Shown one piece after another: positions 21,144 to 29,804 of a DNA stretch of 64,000 nt. The stretch is from Myxococcota bacterium (GTDB taxonomy: Bacteria; Myxococcota_A; UBA9160; PR03): the NCBI GenBank assembly GCA_039794265.1, contig JBDIVR010000002.1, forward strand, positions 64,619 through 128,618, read 5' to 3'. The first letter of the stretch is position 1. Every line of letters starts with the position of its first letter. The position numbers were made by a program, and so were the translations under genes. The notes beneath the pieces are model-generated. The model was given only the letters and a program-made list of their open reading frames with translations. It was not told the DNA's origin and made no database searches.

Positions 21144-22069
21144 GCGCGGAGCGAGCCGCCGTCGCGCCGGTCCTCGCGTACCTCCAGGATCTGCAGGATC
21201 GCATCTGCGCTGCGCTCGAGGCCGCAGAGCCGGGCGCTGCGCGGTTTCGCGAGCAGCGGTTTCCGACGCCGACCGGAGGGCTCGCGCGGCCCCGCGTGCT
21301 CGAAGGCGGCGAGGCGATCGAGAAGAGCGCGGTGCATTTCTCGCACACGCGCGGCAACCAGCTACCCGCAGCGGCGACCGAGCGCCGGCCCGAGCTCGCC
21401 GGCCGCGCCTACGAAGCGGTGTCGGTCTCGCTGATCGTGCACCCGCGCAACCCGTACGTGCCGACGTCGCACATGAACGTGCGCTTCTTCGTGGCGGGAC
21501 CCGAGACGGGAGAGCCCGTCTGGTGGTTCGGCGGCGGCTTCGATCTCACGCCGTACTACGGGTTCGACGAGGACTGCATCCACTGGCACCGGACGGCTCG
21601 GGACGCGTGCGCGCCGCTCGGCCCGGATGCGTGGCCCCGCTTCAAGAAATGGTGCGACGACTACTTCTTCCTGCCGCATCGCGGCGAGCCGCGCGGCATC
21701 GGCGGCATCTTCTTCGACGACCTCTCCGACGGCGGCTTCGCGCGCTGCTTCTCGTTCCTGCGCAGCGTCGGAGATCACTACGTCCCGGCGTACCTGCCGA
21801 TCCTGGAGCGGCGCAAGAATACGCCCTACGGCGAGCGCGAGCGCGAGTTCCAGCTCTATCGGCGCGGCCGCTACGCCGAATTCAATCTCGTGTACGACCG
21901 CGGCACGCGCTTCGGATTGCAGTCCGGGGGCCGCGTGGAATCGATCCTCGCGTCGATGCCGCCGCTCGCTGCCTGGCGCTACGACTGGCGCCCCGAACCA
22001 TCGACCCCGGAGGCGCATCTCTACGAGGTGTTCCTGAAGCCGCGAGACTGGCTGCGCGGAGACGACTGA
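21140..22069 (+). CDS. hemF: Oxygen-dependent coproporphyrinogen III oxidase
   Basis: [24 protein letters not shown] and [16 protein letters not shown] motifs. GTG 21140 overlaps the clpA stop (GTGA). Confidence 0.92.
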
Positions 22070-22192
22070 ACTCGCAGAGCCACGCCGGACGGCTAGCGGA
22101 GGGGGAGCGCGGATCCGCGCGCACGGCTCGCGAACTGGGAATGCCCGATCGGCGCGGTATGATCGCGCGTCCGGATGGAGGATCGAAGGAGC

Positions 22193-22930
22193 ATGGCGGA
22201 TTCGTCTGGTGGTGGAACGATCGTCGGCGCCATCGTCCTCGGTGTCGCGATCCTCGTGGCAAGTCTGGTCGTGAAGAACGGCCTCGACGAGCAGAGCGCG
22301 ATGCTGCGCGGAATCCAGGAGACCCTCGCAGACGGGGGAGGCGCCGGACCGGGCGCGAATGCGCGCGCCGGGGCCGCTCGGCCCGAACCGCAGCGCGGTC
22401 CCGTTCCGGGGCAGCGTGCGGAGATCGCCATCGACGGCGCCGCGACGCGAGGACCAGCGGACGCGCCGGTGACGATCGTCGAGTACAGCGACTTCCAATG
22501 TCCCTTCTGTGCACGCGTACAGCCGACGCTGGAGCAGATCGAGGAGACCTATGGGGATCGCGTCCGCCGCGTCTTCAAGCATCTGCCGCTGCGCATTCAT
22601 CCCGACGCTCCGGGAGCGGCCGCGGCGTCGGAGGCGGCGCACCGGCAGGGCAAGTTCTGGGAGATGCACGACAAGATCTTCGTGTCGCAGCGCGACCTGG
22701 GAGACGCGACCTATCGCCGCTTCGCCGAGGAGCTGGGGTTGGACATCGCGCGCTTCGACGAGGATCGCGCTTCGGCGGCGGTGAAGCAGCGGATCGAGCG
22801 GGACGAGCAGGAGGCACAGCGGCTCGGTGTGTCGGGGACGCCCGCTTTCTTCATCAACGGGCGCTTCCTGTCCGGAGCGCAGCCCTTCGACGCCTTCAAG
22901 CGCGTGATCGACGAGGAGCTGGAGGGCTGA
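22193..22930 (+). CDS. Membrane-anchored DsbA-family thiol:disulfide oxidoreductase
   Basis: N-terminal TM helix, SDFQCPFC active site, and a GTPAFFINGRF cis-Pro loop region. ATG 22193 follows GAAGGAG. Confidence 0.85.
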   Translation: MADSSGGGTIVGAIVLGVAILVASLVVKNGLDEQSAMLRGIQETLADGGGAGPGANARAGAARPEPQRGPVPGQRAEIAIDGAATRGPADAPVTIVEYSDFQCPFCARVQPTLEQIEETYGDRVRRVFKHLPLRIHPDAPGAAAASEAAHRQGKFWEMHDKIFVSQRDLGDATYRRFAEELGLDIARFDEDRASAAVKQRIERDEQEAQRLGVSGTPAFFINGRFLSGAQPFDAFKRVIDEELEG

Positions 22931-24269
22931 GCGCGCGCTCTCGCCAGCGCCCGCGCGCGAAGGTCCACGTGACCCACGTCGCACGCGCCACGTGATCGAA
23001 GACAAGCGCGAGCCACATCCAGTACAGCGGCAGGTCGAGCCGCATGAACAGGTAAGCGAGCGGCACGCGCAGCGCCCAGTTGCCGGCCGTCGCCGCGAGC
23101 AGCGGCGTCATCGTGTTGCCGGCTCCGCGCAGCGCGCCGGACATCGTGAAGTGGATGCCGAGCAGCGGCTGGGCGAGCGCGAGCGTCAGCATGAACGGGC
23201 CGAGCGCTGCGAGCACGCTCGCGTCGTCCGTGAACAGGCGTGCGATCGGCATCCGCAGCGACGCGAAGATCACGCCGAGCAGGACCGACACGAGCAGCGC
23301 GAAGCGCAGCGCTCGCCAGCCGGCGCGCGTCGCAGCGCCCGGCGATGCGGCGCCGAGCGCGTGGCCCACCAGGGTCGCCGCGGCGGCGGCGAAGCCCGTG
23401 CCCGGGATCCACGAGAACGAGAGCATCCGCACGCCCACCGTATAGGCCGCGAGCGCAGCGGGTCCATAGTGGCCGAGCATCGCGAAGTAGGTCATCAGCG
23501 CGAGGTTCAGCACGACGCGCTCGAGCACGGCCGGCGTCGCGATCCGCGCGACGGCACCGAGTCCGCGGCGCGCCCGCGCGAGATCCCGGCGCCCGAAGCC
23601 GAGCGCGGGCCGCAGGTCCCGACGCCTGCTGCCCGAGACGAGCAGGACGATCGCGACGCTCTGCGCGATCAGGGTCGCGATGCCGGCTCCCACCAGCCCC
23701 CAGGCCGGGAATCCGGCGAGGCCGAAGATCAGCAGTGCATTGAGTCCCGTCTTGACCACCGTCACGACGCCGGCGATCCACAGCGGTGTCCGCGTGTCGC
23801 GCGCCGCGCGGAAGCCGGATTCGAGCGTGACGGACACCGCGAAGAGCAGCGTCGAGAGCATCATCAGCTGCAGGTACGGGAGGGCGGTTTCGATCACGTC
23901 GGGCGTCGCGTTGAGTAGTCCCAGGATCGGCCCGGGCGCCGACAGGACGACGCCGGCGATTCCGGCCGACACCGCGATCGCGACGGTGAGACATCCCGCG
24001 AGCGCCGCGCGGGCGCCCGCCGGATCGCCGGAGCCGAGCGCGCGCGAGATCAGGGCGACCCCGGCGACACCGACCGCCATCAGCACCGCGTGGGAGAGCC
24101 AGAAGAACTGCGTGACGTAGCCGACCGCCGCGAGCGTGTTGGGCCCGAGCCGACCGAGCATGGCGATGTCGATCAGGCTCACCGCGCTGGCCAGCACCTG
24201 GGACAGGATCACCGGCCAGGCGAGCGTCCAGATCTCGCGATCGGTGGCGCGCGCGTCGGAAAGGCGCAG
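22896..24269 (-). CDS. MATE-family efflux transporter
   Basis: 12-TM MATE pattern (REIWTLAWPVILSQVL...). There is no in-frame ATG/GTG/TTG between 24212 and the ispH stop. CTG 24269 or GTG 24212 are candidate starts. The 3' end overlaps the convergent dsbA-like gene by 35 nt. Confidence 0.8.
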   Translation of the reverse strand: MRLSDARATDREIWTLAWPVILSQVLASAVSLIDIAMLGRLGPNTLAAVGYVTQFFWLSHAVLMAVGVAGVALISRALGSGDPAGARAALAGCLTVAIAVSAGIAGVVLSAPGPILGLLNATPDVIETALPYLQLMMLSTLLFAVSVTLESGFRAARDTRTPLWIAGVVTVVKTGLNALLIFGLAGFPAWGLVGAGIATLIAQSVAIVLLVSGSRRRDLRPALGFGRRDLARARRGLGAVARIATPAVLERVVLNLALMTYFAMLGHYGPAALAAYTVGVRMLSFSWIPGTGFAAAAATLVGHALGAASPGAATRAGWRALRFALLVSVLLGVIFASLRMPIARLFTDDASVLAALGPFMLTLALAQPLLGIHFTMSGALRGAGNTMTPLLAATAGNWALRVPLAYLFMRLDLPLYWMWLALVFDHVARATWVTWTFARGRWRERALSPPAPRRSRA

Positions 24270-24369
24270 CGCGGTGGCGTGCGCGGCGACCGACGCGGCG
24301 GGCAGGACCGGCGCGGTCTCGGGATCGATCGAGTCGGAGACCTCGGGGTCGTCGCCCCCGTCCTTGGGA

Positions 24370-25308
24370 TCACGCTCCCGCAGCGCGCAGCTCCGCGGGC
24401 AGCTGGAACACGACGCCCTCGTCGACGAGCGGCGCCGACTCGATTTCGGTGTCGGGTCCGGCGAGTTCGCGGAGGCGAGCGACGACCTGTTGCACCAGCA
24501 GCTCTGGAGCCGATGCGCCCGCGGTGACGGCGACACAGCGCACGCCGTGCAGCCACGCCGGGTCGATGTCGGCGGCGGTCTGCACGAGCTGGCCACGGGC
24601 GCCCGCGCGCGTCGCGATCTCTACGAGTCGGTTGCTGTTCGAGGACTCCGGAGCCCCGACCACGAGCACCAGCTCCGCTTCGCCGGTGAGCTCCTGCACG
24701 GCGTTCTGGCGGTTCTGCGTCGCGTAGCAGATGTCGTCCTTGCGCGGCAGGCGGATCGCCGGGAAGCGAGCCTTCAAGGCGGCCAGGATCTCCCGGGTGT
24801 CGTCGACCGACAGCGTCGTCTGCGTGAGGCACGCGAGCCGCGAAGGATCCCGGACCTCGAGCGTCGCGACGTCGGCGACGCTTTCGACGAGGTGCATGCG
24901 CTCGGGCGCCTGCCCCATCGTGCCCTCGACTTCGACGTGGCCGGCGTGCCCGACGAGCACGATCTCGACGTCCTCACGGGCGAAACGCTGCGCCTCGACG
25001 TGCACCTTGGTGACGAGCGGGCAGGTCGCGTCGATGACGCGCAACCCGCGCGTCGCTGCGGCAGACCGGACTTCCGGCGAGACCCCGTGCGCGCTGAACA
25101 CCAGCAGTGCGCCGGGCGGCGCGTCGGCGGGATCTTCGATGAAGACGGCGCCCTTCGCGCGCAACGTCTCGACGACGTGCCGGTTGTGGACGATCTCGTG
25201 ACGGACGTACACCGGGGCGCCGAAGCGCTCGAGGGACTGCTCCACGATCTCGATGGCGCGGTCGACGCCGGCGCAGAAGCCGCGCGGACTGGCGAGCAGG
25301 ACTTTCAT
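24370..25308 (-). CDS. ispH: 4-hydroxy-3-methylbut-2-enyl diphosphate reductase
   Basis: [23 protein letters not shown]... is colinear with IspH/LytB. ATG 25308 lies inside track ORF 24370..25602. Confidence 0.93.
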   Translation of the reverse strand: MKVLLASPRGFCAGVDRAIEIVEQSLERFGAPVYVRHEIVHNRHVVETLRAKGAVFIEDPADAPPGALLVFSAHGVSPEVRSAAATRGLRVIDATCPLVTKVHVEAQRFAREDVEIVLVGHAGHVEVEGTMGQAPERMHLVESVADVATLEVRDPSRLACLTQTTLSVDDTREILAALKARFPAIRLPRKDDICYATQNRQNAVQELTGEAELVLVVGAPESSNSNRLVEIATRAGARGQLVQTAADIDPAWLHGVRCVAVTAGASAPELLVQQVVARLRELAGPDTEIESAPLVDEGVVFQLPAELRAAGA

Positions 25309-25642
25309 CGGAGCGAGGATCCTAGCATCTCGTCCGCGGGCTGCTCCTGGTGTTCGCCCGCGAGCGCCCGATCGGGGCCGACCCGAGACACGGCCGCCAG
25401 GACTCCGACCGTACGCGCCTTCTCGTCCCTCGAAACCATCGCTGCCGCAACGGCGCGTCGGTCCGGTCGCGCGAATTCGCTTCCGCGACCCGACCGTGGC
25501 CAGGTGGCAGGTCTGCCAGCCTGTCTGCCGCCTCCCCACGCGTGCGAACCCAGCAGCCCGGCTCCGAGACAGCGTTGGAGGCAGACGCGCCGGTTCAGGC
25601 ATACTCTGGAGGTCTCCGGCCAGGGTCCGATCGGGACGTGCA

Positions 25643-25664
25643 GCGCACGACGATCGTCGTGCGC
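25643..25664. repeat. 22-bp perfect palindrome GCGCACGACGATCGTCGTGCGC
   Basis: Read directly. It ends 31 nt upstream of the ATG at 25696 and precedes the AGGAAGGA SD. Its function (operator or 5'-UTR hairpin) is unknown. Confidence 0.9.
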
Positions 25665-25695
25665 GTCGCCTTCATCGTCAGGAAGGAATGCCACG

Positions 25696-27567
25696 ATGGC
25701 CGGTCGTCGATTCTCGTTTCGAACTCCGTGGGGATCCGGCGTAGGAGCGCTCTTCGGATTCACCTTGATCCTGTCGACATCCGCCTACGGACAGGACTTC
25801 ACGACGAGCTTCGAGTCGACGGACACCAGCGGTTCGTTCACGCTGGGCTCGTTCCCAGTCGAGGCGACGTTCGAGAACGGCGAGGCGAAGACGATCGGAG
25901 TCTTCACGCTCTATCGAACCGGTTCGAAGTCCTGGATGGTCGATGCAGGTTCCGTGGGCACGATCCGATTTCGGACGCCAGCAACACGGGTTGCACTGTG
26001 GCTGCGCGACCAGAACGCGGGGGTCGACAGCGTGTTGACGGCCTTCGACGCGCAGGGCGCTGTGGTCGGCACCTTCTCCGGGAGCACGTCGTTCGAGAGG
26101 CTCGAGATCATCGGGACGGCGCCGATCTCGCGGATCACGCTCGAGAACAACGGAACCGACGGCTACGCCGTCATCGATGATCTCGAGTTCGACGCACTCC
26201 AGCAGCCGGCGCTCGCGGATCCGATTCCCACGCCGATCCCGGCGGCTGACTTCTCGGTGTCGGCAGAGGCGGTCGCCGAGGGCCTCGTAGCGCCAGTCTG
26301 GGGGACCCATTCTGGAGATGGTACGGGTCGGCTCTTCGTCGCGGACCAGGCGGGCCAGGTCTACGCGATCGATCTCACGACGGGCGCACGGCGAATCTTC
26401 CTCGATGTGTCGGATCGCCTCGTGGCGCTCGGCGTCGCCGGACCGAACACGTTCGACGAACGCGGTCTGCTCGGACTTGCGTTTCATCCCGACTATGCAC
26501 AGAACGGCCGACTCTATACCTACACGTCCGAGCCGGTGGCCGGTCCAGCGGACTTCACGGTGCCGATCCAGCTGCCGTTCGACCACCAGAGCGTCGTCAC
26601 GGAGTGGCAGGTCTCGGAACCTGCAGACTCCGAAGCTGGCGTCGATCCCACCAGCGCGCGAGAACTCTTGCGGATCGACGAGCCACAGTTCAACCACAAT
26701 GCCGGAGCTCTGGCCTTCGGGCCGGACGGCTACCTCTACATCTCCGTAGGCGATGGCGGGAATCGGGACGATGGCGGCAACGGCCACAGCCCGGGAGGGA
26801 ACGGCCAGGACACGGGCAACGTGCTCGGTACGATTCTGCGCATCGACGTCGACGGCAGCGACGCGGCGAACGGCGCATACGGCATACCGGCCGAGAACCC
26901 GCTGGTCGGGACGGAGGGAATCGACGAGATCTTCGCGTGGGGGCTTCGCAACCCGTTTCGGATCTCGTTCGATGCGCTCGATGGAACGCTCTATATCGCG
27001 GACGTCGGGCAGGACGACGTCGAGGAGATCAGCCAGGGTGTAGTCGGCGCCAACTACGGTTGGCCGCGCAAGGAAGGCGGTTTCTTCTTCGTCGGCAACG
27101 GGTCCGAGAGCTTCGTCACGTCGGTCGATCCGGGCGTGTCGGCCGGTCTGGTCGATCCGATCGCGCAGTACGACCACGGTGAGGGGATCGCCGTCGTCGG
27201 CGGCTTCGTCGCGCGCGGCGATGCGGCTCCCCCCCTGCTCGGGCGCTACGTGTTCGGCGACTTCGGCGCATTCGGAGGCGCCGCAGGGCGCGTCTTCGCG
27301 CTCGGCGAGAACGACGCCATCGAAGAAGTCGATCTCGGGGATCTGCTCGTCGGACGGTCGGTGCTGGGGTTCGCTCAGGATGCGGAGGGTGACGTCTACG
27401 TGCTCGCGAACGAGACTGGGACGCCGTTCCCGGATCCGGGGGGTCGACCGACGGGCGTTGTCTTGAAGCTGGTACCGGAGCCGAGTCTCGCGGCTCTCGG
27501 TCTGACCGCTCTGCTCACCGTCGCCGGCGTCGGAATCGCACGCGTGCAGGGGCAGCGGAAGCACTGA
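25696..27567 (+). CDS. PQQ-dependent (soluble glucose/sorbosone dehydrogenase-type) beta-propeller protein with extra N-terminal domain and PEP-CTERM anchor
   Basis: Signal peptide. A roughly 150-aa N-terminal beta-rich domain. GSDH-like segments (GLLGLAFHPDY, HNAGALAFGPDGYLYISVGDGG, GLRNPFR). C-terminal VPEPSLAALGLTALLTVAGVGIARVQGQRKH. Confidence 0.8.
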   Translation: MAGRRFSFRTPWGSGVGALFGFTLILSTSAYGQDFTTSFESTDTSGSFTLGSFPVEATFENGEAKTIGVFTLYRTGSKSWMVDAGSVGTIRFRTPATRVALWLRDQNAGVDSVLTAFDAQGAVVGTFSGSTSFERLEIIGTAPISRITLENNGTDGYAVIDDLEFDALQQPALADPIPTPIPAADFSVSAEAVAEGLVAPVWGTHSGDGTGRLFVADQAGQVYAIDLTTGARRIFLDVSDRLVALGVAGPNTFDERGLLGLAFHPDYAQNGRLYTYTSEPVAGPADFTVPIQLPFDHQSVVTEWQVSEPADSEAGVDPTSARELLRIDEPQFNHNAGALAFGPDGYLYISVGDGGNRDDGGNGHSPGGNGQDTGNVLGTILRIDVDGSDAANGAYGIPAENPLVGTEGIDEIFAWGLRNPFRISFDALDGTLYIADVGQDDVEEISQGVVGANYGWPRKEGGFFFVGNGSESFVTSVDPGVSAGLVDPIAQYDHGEGIAVVGGFVARGDAAPPLLGRYVFGDFGAFGGAAGRVFALGENDAIEEVDLGDLLVGRSVLGFAQDAEGDVYVLANETGTPFPDPGGRPTGVVLKLVPEPSLAALGLTALLTVAGVGIARVQGQRKH

Positions 27568-27678
27568 GCGAGGCGGTCTCGAGGATCTGCGGGCGAGAGC
27601 CACGAGGCGGGCAGCGGGCTCGGGACCATTGCCCTGGCGAAGATCGCAGCCGGCTCGGACGGGATCAATCGGGACGTC

Positions 27679-28029
27679 TTGGCTCCGGGCGAGCCCCTCT
27701 GGTCGTGGCACGTGACGGAGTTCGTGGCGTTCGCGGACGGGGTCATCGAGATCCTCGAGGGCACGCCGACCTTCGTCGAGAGCGACGTCGCGGGCTGGAT
27801 CGCGAATACCAACTTCATCCAAGACCCGCCGGGGGTGGGGAATATCGGATTCCCCAACGACACCGTCGTCGCCGAGCTTCCGATCCCCGAGCCCGGTTCG
27901 CTCCTGCTGCTCGGCTCCGGCTCCGCGTTGCTCGCTTGGGGACGCCGGCGATCGTCCGGGTCGCGTTCGCAGGTGCGGCGCAAGAGCGCTGCGGGCAGGA
28001 CGGAGAAGCGGGCGATCGCGGTCCGATAG
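27679..28029 (+). CDS. PEP-CTERM domain ORF lacking a signal peptide (possible 5'-truncated gene)
   Basis: Very high GC3. C-terminal PIPEPGSLLLLGSGSALLAWGRRRS. The only start is TTG. It is in the same frame as the upstream gene's TGA (27565). Confidence 0.5.
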   Translation: MAPGEPLWSWHVTEFVAFADGVIEILEGTPTFVESDVAGWIANTNFIQDPPGVGNIGFPNDTVVAELPIPEPGSLLLLGSGSALLAWGRRRSSGSRSQVRRKSAAGRTEKRAIAVR

Positions 28030-28393
28030 AGTCCGACTTGCCTATCGCCCTGACTCCGCTCGTGACCGAAGCTGGGACCGCCCGGGCGCCGCGCAGCTCT
28101 CCGAGGATTTCGATCGCGCGCGAGCGTTCCTCGGGCGAACCGGCGACGGTCGCATCGAGCAGGGAGGACGCATCGAGCGAGGCGAGCGACGCGGGTCCCG
28201 GTGGCTCCCAGGTCGACACCGTCGGGCGTCCACACGAGAGTTCGGGGGTGAGCGCGCCTGCTGGAGCGCGCGATGCAGCGCGCCGCTCCGTGCCTCTCCA
28301 TCTGCTAGCCGTCGCCCTCCACCCCGACGCCGACCCCGAGCGCCAACGCCGTGCCGAGGCCGAGGATCCATCGTTATCCCGGACGCCTCGGCT

Positions 28394-29116
28394 TCACGGC
28401 TCCGCCACGACGCGAGCGGCGTCGCGGAATCCCTGCGCCCGCTGCGGGCTCGACGCGACGACGGCCACGCGTTCGTTCGGTCCGGCGAAGGCGCACAGGC
28501 TCTCGCCATCGAGTTTGCGGCACGCCGTGGCGGTGCCGGCGTCGTGTCCTCGGCTCGGGAACACGAAGACGGAGATGGCTTCTCCAGCGCTCACGTACTG
28601 GAGATAGGCCGCTCGCTTGCCATCGATCGAACACGCGTGACCGCCGCGCAGCTCGGCCCCGTCGACCGCACGCACCTGGACGGCGAACGGCAGGCGCGCG
28701 CCGAGTTCGCGCGAAACTTCTTCGGTATTCGAGGACGGCACTGCGAGCGCCGTTCCGCCCGACACGAGCTTGTGGTGATCGGCGAGGAGGGCTCGCTCGC
28801 TCGGCAACTCTGACCCGGGCAGCAGCCAGACGAGGCTCGTCGCTACGGCGACGAGGGCAGCCGCCGCTGCGGGGCCGTACCAGAGGCCACGGCGCGGCGA
28901 AAGCGACTCGATGCGCCGCGCGAGCGACTGCGGCGCGCGCTCGCGTCCGATGCACGCAGCGATGCCGGCCGAGAGCTCCGTCAGCTGTCGGCGCCAGATC
29001 TGGCAGTTCGGGCAGACGTCGAGATGACGTCGCAGCGCCAGCTCCTCGTCGGCACCGAGTTCGCCGTCGAGCAGCGCCGACAGTTCCTCCGGGCGACCCC
29101 GGCACTCAGTGGTCAT
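28394..29116 (-). CDS. Zinc-binding (HxxxCxxC) anti-sigma factor, single TM, periplasmic C-domain
   Basis: N-terminal LLDGEL...RRHLDVCPNC motif and a TM helix (YGPAAAAALVAVATSLVWLL). Its start overlaps the sigma gene end by 11 nt. Confidence 0.8.
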   Translation of the reverse strand: MTTECRGRPEELSALLDGELGADEELALRRHLDVCPNCQIWRRQLTELSAGIAACIGRERAPQSLARRIESLSPRRGLWYGPAAAAALVAVATSLVWLLPGSELPSERALLADHHKLVSGGTALAVPSSNTEEVSRELGARLPFAVQVRAVDGAELRGGHACSIDGKRAAYLQYVSAGEAISVFVFPSRGHDAGTATACRKLDGESLCAFAGPNERVAVVASSPQRAQGFRDAARVVAEP

Positions 29117-29648
29117 CGCGTCCTCCGGCGAAGCTGCGTTCCGGATGCGAACTTTCGGCGAGGCCGGCGATCAGACGCATCCGCAAGCGGGCGAGGCGCG
29201 AACGCACGGTTCCGATCGGCACATCGAGCGCCTCGGCCAGCTCTGCGTAGGAGAATCCTTCGACCTCGCGAAGCCAGAACAACCAGCGGGTCTCCTCCGG
29301 CAAGCGCGCGAGCAAGGCGTCGAGCCGTGCGATCGACAGACCCGCCGCGACGCTGCGCGCGGGATCCGCGAGCATCTGGAGGTCCGGCACGTCGAGCGCG
29401 TCGCCGTCGATCGGAACCAGCCGCCGCGTGCGTCGCAGCTCGTCGATGTGGGTGTTGCGCAGGATCCGCAGCAGCCAGGCGCGACAGGCGGCGGGGTCGC
29501 GCAGGGTCGTCCAGCGTTCGAAGGCGATCCGGCAAGTCTCCTGCACGAGGTCCTCGGCGCGATCGGGGCGGCCGGTCATGCGCAGTGCCGCCCCGTAGAG
29601 CAGATCGAGATGGCTCGCGACGAGGCGCCGGAAGCTCGATTCGCGCAT
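29106..29648 (-). CDS. ECF RNA polymerase sigma factor
   Basis: Region 2 (DLVQETCRIAFERW, WLLRILRNTHIDELRR) and region 4 (SYAELAEALDVPIGTVRSRLARLR). ATG 29648 lies 10 nt after GGAGA; ATG 29669 is an alternative start. Confidence 0.88.
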   Translation of the reverse strand: MRESSFRRLVASHLDLLYGAALRMTGRPDRAEDLVQETCRIAFERWTTLRDPAACRAWLLRILRNTHIDELRRTRRLVPIDGDALDVPDLQMLADPARSVAAGLSIARLDALLARLPEETRWLFWLREVEGFSYAELAEALDVPIGTVRSRLARLRMRLIAGLAESSHPERSFAGGRDDH

Positions 29649-29686
29649 AGGGCCCCGGTCTCCTTCCATCGCAGGCCGTAAGGTAG

Positions 29687-29712
29687 GACGGAGAGCGGTC
29701 CGCCGGAGTTCC
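29687..29712 (-). promoter_or_regulatory. Candidate ECF-type promoter (GGAAC-N17-CGTC) for the sigma/anti-sigma operon
   Basis: The minus strand reads GGAACtccggcggaccgctctcCGTC. The -10 element ends about 18 nt before ATG 29669 and about 39 nt before ATG 29648. Confidence 0.5.
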
Positions 29713-29736
29713 CTGGACCCGGTGGGGATCGCGAAG

Positions 29737-29761
29737 GGAACCGGATCGCCGCGCATCCGTC
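29737..29761 (+). promoter_or_regulatory. Candidate ECF-type promoter (GGAAC-N16-CGTC) for the thioredoxin/DsbD operon
   Basis: The plus strand reads GGAACcggatcgccgcgcatcCGTC, ending 43 nt upstream of the TTG start at 29805. Confidence 0.5.
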
Positions 29762-29804
29762 TCTCGGAAGAGGGGCTTCTCCGGGAGCCGGGAAGGGGAG
29801 TGGT

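Noticed and set aside
22107-22120. The palindrome GCGCGGATCCGCGC after hemF as an intrinsic terminator.
   Set aside because: - The effective stem is only about 5 bp and there is no U-tract.
- It may equally be a chance GC palindrome.
24212-24596. The track start (24596) for the MATE transporter.
   Set aside because: - It would overlap ispH by 226 nt on the same strand.
- MATE homology begins near residue 118 of that ORF.
- A non-canonical start (CTG 24269) or GTG 24212 is more plausible, but this remains unresolved.
27565-27567. Programmed TGA read-through or selenocysteine joining the dehydrogenase to the downstream in-frame ORF.
   Set aside because: - The upstream protein already terminates with a complete PEP-CTERM anchor and basic tail.
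- I noticed no SECIS-like hairpin immediately downstream.
- A truncated second gene is the simpler explanation.
28040-28219. A minus-strand fragment resembling a HEAT-like repeat (SPEERSRAIEILGELRGARAVP) downstream of the anti-sigma gene.
   Set aside because: - The coding-like GC3 signal lasts only about 45 codons.
- The ORF then runs antisense into the PEP-CTERM ORF.
- No convincing start or family match is present. At most it is another gene remnant.
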